Positions 56,211 through 64,000 of a stretch of DNA of 64,000 bases are shown here, piece after piece. A program made the position numbers and the translations under genes. The notes under the pieces were generated by a model, which saw only the letters and a program-made list of their open reading frames with translations, was not told the DNA's origin and did not search any database. The stretch's first letter is position 1; each line of letters starts with the position of its first letter. Source of the stretch: Anaerolineae bacterium (GTDB lineage Bacteria; Chloroflexota; Anaerolineae; Aggregatilineales; Phototrophicaceae); NCBI GenBank assembly GCA_034436595.1, contig DAOTUO010000002.1, positions 5,120-69,119 of the forward strand. The letters run 5' to 3'.

Positions 56211-56607
56211 AAGTCCCCCTAAATTCACTTGTGTAAAGCTCAAATTCTAATACCCACACGTCATAAGATAATTGAGATTTTGCCCCATGAATAATTTTCC
56301 ATGTTGCCAGAAATAATTCTGGTGAATCAAAACCCTCTGCAATTGCATCTGCATGATTGATAAGGTTCACTTGTTCACGCCTAATATTTATAAGCAAAAT
56401 TCGCGCAACCGATTTTTTGCCACGTCCGGGTTGTACAGCATAGGTTTTGCCAACTTGGTAAACTATTCTTTTACCAGATACAACACGATATATACCATCT
56501 TGAAAGGTCATTTTTTCATCAGGCTTAATCAAACGGCGTGTTTGCTTTTTGTACCCACATAAAACTTTATCTAATGTGTGTGCGAAAATCATAAATATCT
56601 CATCCAT
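56062..56607 (-). CDS. ASCH (PUA-like) domain protein
   Basis: HTLDKVLCGYKKQTRRL, GKTYAVQPGRGKKSVARILLINIRREQV, ADAIAEGF, VWVLEFEL. The last ~50 codons overlap the next gene out of frame. Alternative start at ATG 56592. Confidence 0.75.
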   Translation of the reverse strand: MDEIFMIFAHTLDKVLCGYKKQTRRLIKPDEKMTFQDGIYRVVSGKRIVYQVGKTYAVQPGRGKKSVARILLINIRREQVNLINHADAIAEGFDSPELFLATWKIIHGAKSQLSYDVWVLEFELYTSEFRGTYEGGKDRSFNNGDDISSPFKRIPRTGVYGRDYETGRMGTFISDRLSLSS

Positions 56608-56625
56608 GCAACAAACGTTTCATTG

Positions 56626-56654
56626 ATTATAGTTAAGAACAAAGAGGTTTGCAA
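56626..56654 (-). promoter_or_regulatory. Near-consensus sigma-70 promoter of the ASCH cassette
   Basis: Minus strand: TTGCAA (56654-56649), 17-nt spacer, TATAAT (56631-56626). Confidence 0.6.
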
Positions 56655-56675
56655 TAATATCTCTTAGATAAAAAT

Positions 56676-56702
56676 AAAAAAAGCGGAGGGTTGCCCACCC
56701 GC
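56676..56702 (-). terminator. Intrinsic terminator of pdxS
   Basis: GCGG-A-GGG TTG CCC-AC-CCGC hairpin (56683-56702). The minus-strand copy is followed by T7. Confidence 0.75.
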
Positions 56703-56727
56703 CTTTATCACTTATCCTAGAAAAAAA

Positions 56728-57627
56728 TTACCACCCGCGATGGGCGATTTTATTGGCATCTGCCATGGTGCTGACATTGATGCCAACCATCGCCTCGCCC
56801 AATCCGCGACTGACATTCGCCAGCACATCGGGGTTATCAAAGTGGGTCACGGCTTCGACAATGGCTTTGGCACGTTTGGCGGGGTCGCCAGACTTAAAAA
56901 TCCCAGACCCCACAAACACCCCATCCACACCCAATTGCATCATTAGGGCGGCATCGGCAGGCGTTGCCACACCACCTGCGGCAAAATTCACGACAGGCAA
57001 TTTGCCCAATGTCGCCACTTCACGCACCAAATCGTATGACGCTTGGATATTTTTGGCGTAGGTATAGAGTTCATCTTCGCTCATGCTGGTCAGACGGCGG
57101 ATTTCACCGATGACCGTGCGTGCATGGCGCACCGCCTCAACCACATCACCCGTACCCGCTTCACCTTTGGTACGAATCATCGCCGCGCCTTCAGAAATAC
57201 GGCGGAGCGCCTCGCCCAAATTACGGCATCCACACACAAACGGAATTTTAAATTTATGCTTGTTGATGTGATGCTCTTCATCGGCGGGAGTCAGGACTTC
57301 GCTCTCATCAATATAATCCACACCTAACGCTTGCAAAATTTGTGCTTCCACAAAATGCCCAATGCGGGCTTTTGCCATCACAGGAATCGTCACGGCTTTG
57401 ATAATACCCTCAATCATATCGGGGTCGCTCATACGGGCAACACCACCCTGTACGCGAATATCGGCAGGCACGCGCTCCAACGCCATGACCGCACATGCGC
57501 CCGCATCTTCGGCAATTTTGGCTTGGTCTGGTGTGACCACATCCATAATCACACCACCCTTGAGCATTTGCGCCAATCCGCGCTTGGCAATTTCTGTCCC
57601 TGTTTCGCCTAAATGTCCGTTATTCAA
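56728..57627 (-). CDS. pdxS: Pyridoxal 5'-phosphate synthase subunit PdxS
   Basis: [17 protein letters not shown], and [11 protein letters not shown]. Start reassigned to TTG 57627, 7 nt after GGAGG; the ORF-track N-terminal 24 aa were rejected. Confidence 0.93.
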   Translation of the reverse strand: MNNGHLGETGTEIAKRGLAQMLKGGVIMDVVTPDQAKIAEDAGACAVMALERVPADIRVQGGVARMSDPDMIEGIIKAVTIPVMAKARIGHFVEAQILQALGVDYIDESEVLTPADEEHHINKHKFKIPFVCGCRNLGEALRRISEGAAMIRTKGEAGTGDVVEAVRHARTVIGEIRRLTSMSEDELYTYAKNIQASYDLVREVATLGKLPVVNFAAGGVATPADAALMMQLGVDGVFVGSGIFKSGDPAKRAKAIVEAVTHFDNPDVLANVSRGLGEAMVGINVSTMADANKIAHRGW

Positions 57628-57790
57628 GTGAAAACCTCCATGAAAATTAAAATGAATATCGCTAGGATAATGGTAACAACCGCTAAACTGTATGTCCACC
57701 TAAGTCCAATTTGGATAAAATGAATAAATTCAAACCAAACGCGCACAATAAGCCACTTTCGGATAAAATAGACCATAGGAGAAAAACAGC

Positions 57791-58393
57791 ATGTTCGATG
57801 AATCACAAGAGCGCAATTCACTGGCACAGAGCATTTTTTGGCACAATTTAGGCTGGGAAGATGGCACACTCCAAGAAGAGATGATAGCCACGCGCCTGCG
57901 TCAACGGGCAGACCAATATGCCAAACCCACCCCCACCGATGAAGATACCCCCACTGTCACGGTGATTATTTTTCGGTTGGGTGATGAGACCTATGCGGTG
58001 GATGCGCTGGTTGTTTATGCGGTACGGCGTATCGGCAAAATTGCGATGGTGCCAAATATTCCCGATTTTTATGCGGGTGTAGTGAATCTGCGCGGACAAA
58101 TCATCACTGTGATTGACTTGCGCCAATTCTTTGGCACACCCATCAATCAATCTGCCCAGCCAGATGAATTGCTAGTGATACGCGCACATGGGCTAGAATT
58201 GGGCATTTTAGCACACGCCATACACGATGTTATCACGCTAAAATTAAGCGACATTCAGCCCCTCACCGACATGGGCTATGCCTGGGGCATCACCCCGCAA
58301 AAAGTGATTTTACTCGATATGGCGCGTCTTTTTACCGATGACCGCCTCATTATTGGCACAACCGACTCAGATGACTCAGGATATGGGCTATGA
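57791..58393 (+). CDS. cheW: CheW-like coupling protein
   Basis: 200 aa. [47 protein letters not shown]. Confidence 0.85.
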   Translation: MFDESQERNSLAQSIFWHNLGWEDGTLQEEMIATRLRQRADQYAKPTPTDEDTPTVTVIIFRLGDETYAVDALVVYAVRRIGKIAMVPNIPDFYAGVVNLRGQIITVIDLRQFFGTPINQSAQPDELLVIRAHGLELGILAHAIHDVITLKLSDIQPLTDMGYAWGITPQKVILLDMARLFTDDRLIIGTTDSDDSGYGL

Positions 58394-59628
58394 CAACCAC
58401 AACCGCACCCGATTTGAATCAACGCATCCGCACCCTATTCGCCAACCCCACCCCATTTATCGGCGCGGGGATTTTGGCACTCTATACCGCGCTAGTCTGT
58501 CTTTTCATTGTGGGGATAGGCACAAATTCCGCCTTGCCATTCATCCTCATCACCGCCATTTCGTTGCCAATCGGCTTCATTATCGGCTTATGGATGAACC
58601 GCGTGTCCTATCGGCGCACAGCACACATCCTCAAGAGTTATATCGCCACGATGGAAAAAGCCGCCAATGGTGATTTGACACAAGAATTTTCGTTGCCCGC
58701 CCTCGCGCCCAATCTGCCAGAAACCGCCCTACTCGCCAGATTAGTCGAGACGACCAACGAAATGCTCATGCGGATTCGGCGGGTGATGATAGGCGTGAGC
58801 AATGCGCTCACACGGCTCGATACCGATACACAGGCGATTCTGGAAGCCACGTCGCGCCAAATCATCATGACCAATGAGCAAGATTCTGTCGTGACAGAGA
58901 CCACCGCCACCGTGAACGAAGTCCGTGCCACCGTCACAGAGACCGCAGAACGGGCGCAAAGTGTGGCAGAAACGGCGCAAATCTCGGTGGATATTTCCAA
59001 ATCGGGGATAGATGCTGTCAATGAGACCATATCGGGGATGCAACTCATCCGCAAACGGGTAGAAGATATTGCCGATAATATCCTCGTGTTATCCGAACAC
59101 ACCCAACAAATTGGCGAAATTATCGCCACGGTGAACAGTCTCGCAGACCAATCGCGTATGTTGGCGCTCAATGCCTCTGTAGAGGCGGCGCGGGCGGGTG
59201 AGGAAGGCAAAGGCTTTGCGGTGGTGGCGATGGAAGTCCGCAATCTGGCAGACCAAAATAGGGATGCGACCATCCAAGTCCGCGAAATTTTAGGCGAAAT
59301 TCAACGCGCCACCAATGCCGCCGTGATGGTCACAGAAGAAGGTAGCAAGGGCGTGGATACGGGGCAAAAATTGGTCAATAGCGCAGGGGATGCCATCCGC
59401 AATTTGGCTCGCGCAATCGAAGAAGCGGCAATGGCGGCATTGCAGATTGCCGCCAGCACCCGCCAGCAAACCATCGGCATGGATCAACTCACCCACGCCA
59501 TGCGGACGATTAAACACGCCACCACCGAAACCGTCGGTGGCACGATGCAGGTCGAAGCCAGTGTCCAACGCTTGCGCGATGCGGCGTATCTGGTCAACAA
59601 CCTGCTCGGTGATTTAAAATTAGGGTAA
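58390..59628 (+). CDS. Methyl-accepting chemotaxis protein
   Basis: 412 aa. Two N-terminal TM segments. Signalling hairpin [34 protein letters not shown] overlap with cheW. Confidence 0.9.
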   Translation: MTTTTAPDLNQRIRTLFANPTPFIGAGILALYTALVCLFIVGIGTNSALPFILITAISLPIGFIIGLWMNRVSYRRTAHILKSYIATMEKAANGDLTQEFSLPALAPNLPETALLARLVETTNEMLMRIRRVMIGVSNALTRLDTDTQAILEATSRQIIMTNEQDSVVTETTATVNEVRATVTETAERAQSVAETAQISVDISKSGIDAVNETISGMQLIRKRVEDIADNILVLSEHTQQIGEIIATVNSLADQSRMLALNASVEAARAGEEGKGFAVVAMEVRNLADQNRDATIQVREILGEIQRATNAAVMVTEEGSKGVDTGQKLVNSAGDAIRNLARAIEEAAMAALQIAASTRQQTIGMDQLTHAMRTIKHATTETVGGTMQVEASVQRLRDAAYLVNNLLGDLKLG

Positions 59629-59634
59629 AAAATA

Positions 59635-61779
59635 TTACGGCGAAACAGTGATATTCAACCCATCAAACGTAATGGTGCGCTCACCAATTTGCACCACTGG
59701 CGCGGTTGAATTGGCATCTAGCAGGGTGATAATAGGCAATTCTGCCCCACTATCCGCCCCCACCAGCACATGCAAGAAATAGGCTTGTGTGGGGTTATCG
59801 GTGGTACTGGCGATATACCGATGCGTCATCGTCTGATAACTGGCGGGTGGCTCGCTGATTTCATCTGGCACCAAAATGACCTGCGTCTCGGTGGTCATGA
59901 GGGGCAAATTGATGATGCTCAACTGATTTCCCCCCACGGTCGTCATCACAGTCGTGTTATTGGTGATGGTGGCATCGGCAGGCAGATTTAGCACAAAGCG
60001 CTTAAAGCCGTTATTTTGTGTCTCTGCAAGGTCGTATATCACCACCACATCGGGTTTGAGCCACACCACTTGTCGCACCACCCGCAACACACTGGTAGAT
60101 TCGGCATAATCGGAATTATATAGTGGGGTAGCATCACCCGTGACAGCGATATAACCATCACCTTCTGACCATATCGGCGGATTTGGGTCGCCACTGGGGA
60201 TATATAGCCACTGCGAGCCACGTTCATACAGCATATAGCGCCAATCATCATAACTCGGCGGATTATTTTGCACTAGTAGCGTATTTTGATTGTCGCTAGA
60301 GAGATAATCGAGGTCATAACCTACCCGCACTTGCGTGAGCCATTCGCCCTGTCGATAGAGTTCTACCGCATTACCGTTGGCGCTCTGGTGGTCTACGGTG
60401 TTCCATGTGAGGTTATAGGTGAACCATGTCGCATCTGGAGACCAATTTGTCCGTCCTAATAAGCGACGTAACCCTGGCGCGTAATAAGTCGTGGATAATG
60501 TCGGACGCGGGTCAGTTAGATCGCGTGCATCAGGTGGCAGGAGCAAAAAGTATAAAATCGGCTTGACGTATTGCTCATTATCCACTCGTGAACCCAGTCC
60601 GCTCTCCCCACCAGGGGCGCTATTGAGTTGAATCCAGCGCGTGGTATTGAGCGCATCGGTCTCTCCGCGCAAGTGGGCATACCATCCCAACGCGCCGAAT
60701 AATTCGATATGGTCGGGCATAAAATAATGTTGACCACTACCATACCATGCTGGCACATACACCTGACCATAATCGTCATTGGCGTGAGGTGCAGGACTCA
60801 GTGAATGAAGATATGCCCGCATAGAATCATCCCAATACGGGTTGTTATCAAAACTGGTCTGTGGATAGGTATCGGCATAACCCGCCGTGTGGAGTGCGAG
60901 TAAAAATTGAGCCGTATAACCCAATGTCTGCGGGCTATATTCAAAGCCTTCTGCACCCATACCACCTTGTGTATCGGTATTAAAGCTATTATCTAGCACA
61001 TATAACCACGCACCCATCGCCTCATCCAAACAGGTGGCGAGTGCGCCTGTGAGGTCATCTTCTGGATTCAGCGACAGGCTCATTAGCCCCATATTCCGCA
61101 TGTGTGCCGCATAATAATTATTGTTGCTCCAGCGATGATAGAGTGGGTCTTGTATCAATTGCGGGTCATTGACCACGCCAATCGGCTCTGGACGGTTATT
61201 ATTGGTGGTATAGGCATTGCGATTTTCATCACACCAACGGATAAATACCGTAGCGATAAGCGCCTTATCGTCGGCGGTCAAAATGGGATAAATCCAATCT
61301 ACCACCAACCCAAAACTCGCCCCATACCAGCGAGAACGGTCGCTGAGGCTAAAATCTGGACGGCGGAACGCGGTATCTTCTGCCATCCCAAGCGATGCTT
61401 GTTCGATGATATACATGAGCAGTGTCCGCGCACGCAAGGCATAATCGGCACGAATCGTCTCATCTGGATGCACCAAACTCACAAATGACAATAGCAACGC
61501 ATGATTTTCGTTGGGATATTCCACCCAGCTATTTTCGCCAATATCTTGTGTGGGCAAAATCCCCGTATCCATGAGGGCGACTGTCTCTTGTGTGAGGGCA
61601 AATAATTCTACCCAGACGGGGTTATCGGGCGTGGCAATAGCTCGCAAAGCAGGCAAATCGGCTTCTGTGAGCCATAGATGTGGATGACCTATCGGCATTT
61701 GGGCTTGGCTAGGCAGATAAGCCACTCCAAATAGGCATTGAATGGCAATAATCAAAATAAAAACGCGGAATCGTTTCAC
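59635..61779 (-). CDS. Secreted polysaccharide-lyase-like protein (heparinase II/III or alginate-lyase superfamily, tentative)
   Basis: 714 aa. Signal peptide; an Asn/Trp/Tyr/His-rich helical N-terminal half and a beta-rich C-terminal half (VVWLKPDVVVIYDLAE). Family call is from general pattern only. Confidence 0.4.
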   Translation of the reverse strand: MKRFRVFILIIAIQCLFGVAYLPSQAQMPIGHPHLWLTEADLPALRAIATPDNPVWVELFALTQETVALMDTGILPTQDIGENSWVEYPNENHALLLSFVSLVHPDETIRADYALRARTLLMYIIEQASLGMAEDTAFRRPDFSLSDRSRWYGASFGLVVDWIYPILTADDKALIATVFIRWCDENRNAYTTNNNRPEPIGVVNDPQLIQDPLYHRWSNNNYYAAHMRNMGLMSLSLNPEDDLTGALATCLDEAMGAWLYVLDNSFNTDTQGGMGAEGFEYSPQTLGYTAQFLLALHTAGYADTYPQTSFDNNPYWDDSMRAYLHSLSPAPHANDDYGQVYVPAWYGSGQHYFMPDHIELFGALGWYAHLRGETDALNTTRWIQLNSAPGGESGLGSRVDNEQYVKPILYFLLLPPDARDLTDPRPTLSTTYYAPGLRRLLGRTNWSPDATWFTYNLTWNTVDHQSANGNAVELYRQGEWLTQVRVGYDLDYLSSDNQNTLLVQNNPPSYDDWRYMLYERGSQWLYIPSGDPNPPIWSEGDGYIAVTGDATPLYNSDYAESTSVLRVVRQVVWLKPDVVVIYDLAETQNNGFKRFVLNLPADATITNNTTVMTTVGGNQLSIINLPLMTTETQVILVPDEISEPPASYQTMTHRYIASTTDNPTQAYFLHVLVGADSGAELPIITLLDANSTAPVVQIGERTITFDGLNITVSP

Positions 61780-61952
61780 AGTGTAATCCTTTGATGGTAA
61801 TAAACTATAATGTTAGTATAGGCAGATGCCAAACATACGCTACACCATCATGACGGTTGCCCTACGCGGGAAAAAAGGTTCATAAAATCTCCACGATTTC
61901 GGCGTATGATAAACGTAAAGCGTCTACATATACATCTTTGGATAAAATCGCT

Positions 61953-63206
61953 ATGCAACAACATACTGTACCCAACCGCCGTATAAAATCACCAGAGGCA
62001 ACCGTCCCTTCTGGCGCACTATCCGATAAAACTGTGTCGCATCAGCCTGTGTCACCGATTTATTCGCCACAGCCACAGCCCGTAGTAAAAATGCCCATGC
62101 CACCCCCGCAACCGGTCATGCCACCACACTCGATTGAAAAAAATCGCCATCATAAAGGCATTAATTGGTGGCTATGGGGATTTTTGGGTATAGGTATTTT
62201 TGGCATGTCATCGGTGGTGGCAGTGATGTTTGCCGTATTTATCACCCAAGCCGATGCCAAACGGCTGGATGCGACCCAATATCTCTCTGCGGATGCTGTC
62301 CCTAGCGCCCTTTTGGGATTGGCAACAACATTCAGCACACAAATCGAAATCACGCGCATTTTGGTGATGAATCCGCTCTCGGTGCGCCTATATGACCCCG
62401 TTACGGGCGATTTTGCCACATGGGAATTACCCGTTGTTAATTGGGATAGCTGGTTATCTGCGACACCAGACGCAACCGCCGCCGATGGCTATCGGTTTGA
62501 TATTGAGGTGCAAGGGGTCACCGACTTTTTGATGAGCCAGCAGGCACAACATCTGGATTCATCACGGTTTATCAACATGGCAGAGGCATTAGACCAAGTG
62601 CAGACGGCGGTACGGGCGGGGGATGAAGCCCTTCTGCGGGTGTATCATAATGCGCGTCAGCATGTGGTCGGCGCGGGGGAGACCATCACCAGTATCGCGT
62701 GGGATTATGGCATCCCCTATCTATTTATCCAACAAGCTAATAACGGCATTAGCGGGTTATCGGTGGGGCAAACCATCACCATCCCACCCGCCGATATGTT
62801 TATTGAATTTACCCCCATCCCCAATAAGCGGATAGAAGTGAGTATTGCCGAACAGCGTGTGCGTGTGTATGAAAATGGGGTGTTGTTGTGGGATTGGGGC
62901 GCGAGTACAGGCATCAATAGTAGCCCCACATGGCGCGGGGTATATCAGATTTTATCGCACGAAATCAATGCCTATGCGGGCAATTGGAATTTATGGATGC
63001 CCAATTTTATGGGGGTGTATCGCCCAATTCCCAACGCCGATTTTACCAACGGCTTTCATGGATTCCCCACACGCGGAGGCGGTCAATTGCTCTGGGAAAA
63101 TAGCATCGGCACTCGTGTGACCTATGGGTGTATTTTGTTGAGCAACACCCATATTCAACAACTCTACACATGGGCAGATGAAGGTGTGGTCGTAGAAATC
63201 AATTAG
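61953..63206 (+). CDS. L,D-transpeptidase (YkuD domain) with LysM domain and membrane anchor
   Basis: LysM GETITSIAWDYGIPYLFIQQAN...GQTITIP. YkuD FHGFPTRG...RVTYGCILL. TM segment WWLWGFLGIGIFGMSSVVAVMFAVFI. Start uncertain; the ORF track begins at TTG 61857. Confidence 0.85.
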   Translation: MQQHTVPNRRIKSPEATVPSGALSDKTVSHQPVSPIYSPQPQPVVKMPMPPPQPVMPPHSIEKNRHHKGINWWLWGFLGIGIFGMSSVVAVMFAVFITQADAKRLDATQYLSADAVPSALLGLATTFSTQIEITRILVMNPLSVRLYDPVTGDFATWELPVVNWDSWLSATPDATAADGYRFDIEVQGVTDFLMSQQAQHLDSSRFINMAEALDQVQTAVRAGDEALLRVYHNARQHVVGAGETITSIAWDYGIPYLFIQQANNGISGLSVGQTITIPPADMFIEFTPIPNKRIEVSIAEQRVRVYENGVLLWDWGASTGINSSPTWRGVYQILSHEINAYAGNWNLWMPNFMGVYRPIPNADFTNGFHGFPTRGGGQLLWENSIGTRVTYGCILLSNTHIQQLYTWADEGVVVEIN

Positions 63207-63640
63207 CTCGCGTTAATATGCTGTAAATTGCGTAATATGCGTAAGAGGTGGACATAATCTTCTCCCAAATGGGCTTTGATGGCTTCGTCAATTTTTTCGG
63301 CATTCGCTAAAAATTCTTCACGAATCGCCAATGATTTTGGGGTGAGTGATAGCTCAATCTCACGATGGTCATGAAGCTGTTTGCCAACAACATAATTTTT
63401 TTTCTTGAGTTTTTTGGCAATATGGGAGAATGAATTCGGTTTTCTGCCCACCGATTTGGCGAGTCCAGAGGTAATGAGTGGGGCATTCCGCGTCATCAAT
63501 TCGCGCAGGGTATACCATTCGGGCAAATTGAGGTCTTTGGTCAATAGCAATGGCTTGATAAAGCGTTCCAAGCTGGTTGTCGTAAGTGTAAGATTAATTA
63601 ATAGAGACTCATTAAAAATTGGAACGCTAGGTGTCGTCAT
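63203..63640 (-). CDS. MarR-family transcriptional regulator
   Basis: 145 aa. Winged-helix pattern LPEWYTLRELM...SGLAKSVGRKPNSFSHIAKKLKKKNYVVGKQLHDHREIELSLTPK. Confidence 0.65.
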   Translation of the reverse strand: MTTPSVPIFNESLLINLTLTTTSLERFIKPLLLTKDLNLPEWYTLRELMTRNAPLITSGLAKSVGRKPNSFSHIAKKLKKKNYVVGKQLHDHREIELSLTPKSLAIREEFLANAEKIDEAIKAHLGEDYVHLLRILRNLQHINAS

Positions 63641-63671
63641 AGAACCCCACTGTAGTTCATTTTATTCACCA

Positions 63672-64000
63672 TTAAGCAATAATCATATTGAGGTCTGCCA
63701 AACCGAGTCGGTCACCAATTCGTAGCGCATGTGGCTCGTGTGAAATGAGGCGTGTTCCGTTGATAAATGTGCCGTTCATTGAGCCTAAATCCATCACATA
63801 CACCGTATCGTTATAATTAACCAATACAGCATGTCTGCGCGAAATACCCCGTTGTTTGGCATCAAATGTAGAAAGGTCAATATCAGGCAAGTAGCTAGAA
63901 GCCAAGTCGGAACGACCCAGTATATAACCTTCCACATGAGGAGCGATGACAGAAATAATACTCTCTTCAGATAGTATCTCTGGATTGATTTTAACTTTTA
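63672..64000 (-). CDS. FHA domain protein (3' part; 5' end beyond window end)
   Basis: ILGRSD, GISRRHAVLV, VMDLGSMNGTFINGT, GDRLGLA. By hand translation the frame stays open upstream of the ORF-track GTG to base 64000. Confidence 0.8.
   Translation of the reverse strand, partial: KVKINPEILSEESIISVIAPHVEGYILGRSDLASSYLPDIDLSTFDAKQRGISRRHAVLVNYNDTVYVMDLGSMNGTFINGTRLISHEPHALRIGDRLGLADLNMIIA

Overview
Bacterial chromosomal window of about 50% GC by hand estimate. Gene content suggests a Chloroflexota-like organism, which is inference only.

Core (10681-32374): an uninterrupted 21.7-kb minus-strand translation superoperon, rpsL-rpsG-fusA-tuf, then the S10, spc and alpha blocks, then truA-rplM-rpsI. 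It lacks infA and rpsD.

Left flank (1-10.6 kb): partial maf, a SlyD-like FKBP, mutS2, and a minus-strand operon encoding a DUF2723/GT-C-like membrane enzyme, two Pro/Thr-rich secreted proteins and a TPR protein. Tandem duplicated GNAT genes and a YabN-like methylase/MazG fusion follow.

Right part (32.9-64 kb): an FHA plus atypical-receiver protein, an orphan promoter-to-terminator noncoding unit of about 260 nt, acyl-CoA dehydrogenase, a hydrolase, an FAD oxidoreductase and a CheY-like receiver. Then come an ABC-F ATPase, an MFS transporter, prfA, recF, a Pmp-repeat beta-helix protein, an M16 peptidase pair, fused glyQS, pdxS, cheW-mcp, a lyase-like protein, a LysM-YkuD transpeptidase, marR and a partial FHA gene.

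Two accessory insertions are the best candidates for undescribed conflict or defence-type systems:
- 49.3-52.2 kb: a three-domain TIR / macro-like / NDT-like protein, translationally coupled to a DinB/ClbS-like protein and abutting a DUF4058 nuclease-fold-like gene.
- 55.4-56.7 kb: a low-GC, self-contained two-gene cassette (ASCH/PUA-like protein plus a 265-aa orphan protein). It has a consensus promoter, a bidirectional terminator, and a 149-nt out-of-frame gene overlap hinged on a G5 tract.

Short GC-rich palindromic (REP-like) repeats recur in intergenic regions. No rRNA, tRNA, CRISPR array or transposase was seen. All promoter, terminator and domain calls were made by eye from the sequence and need computational confirmation.
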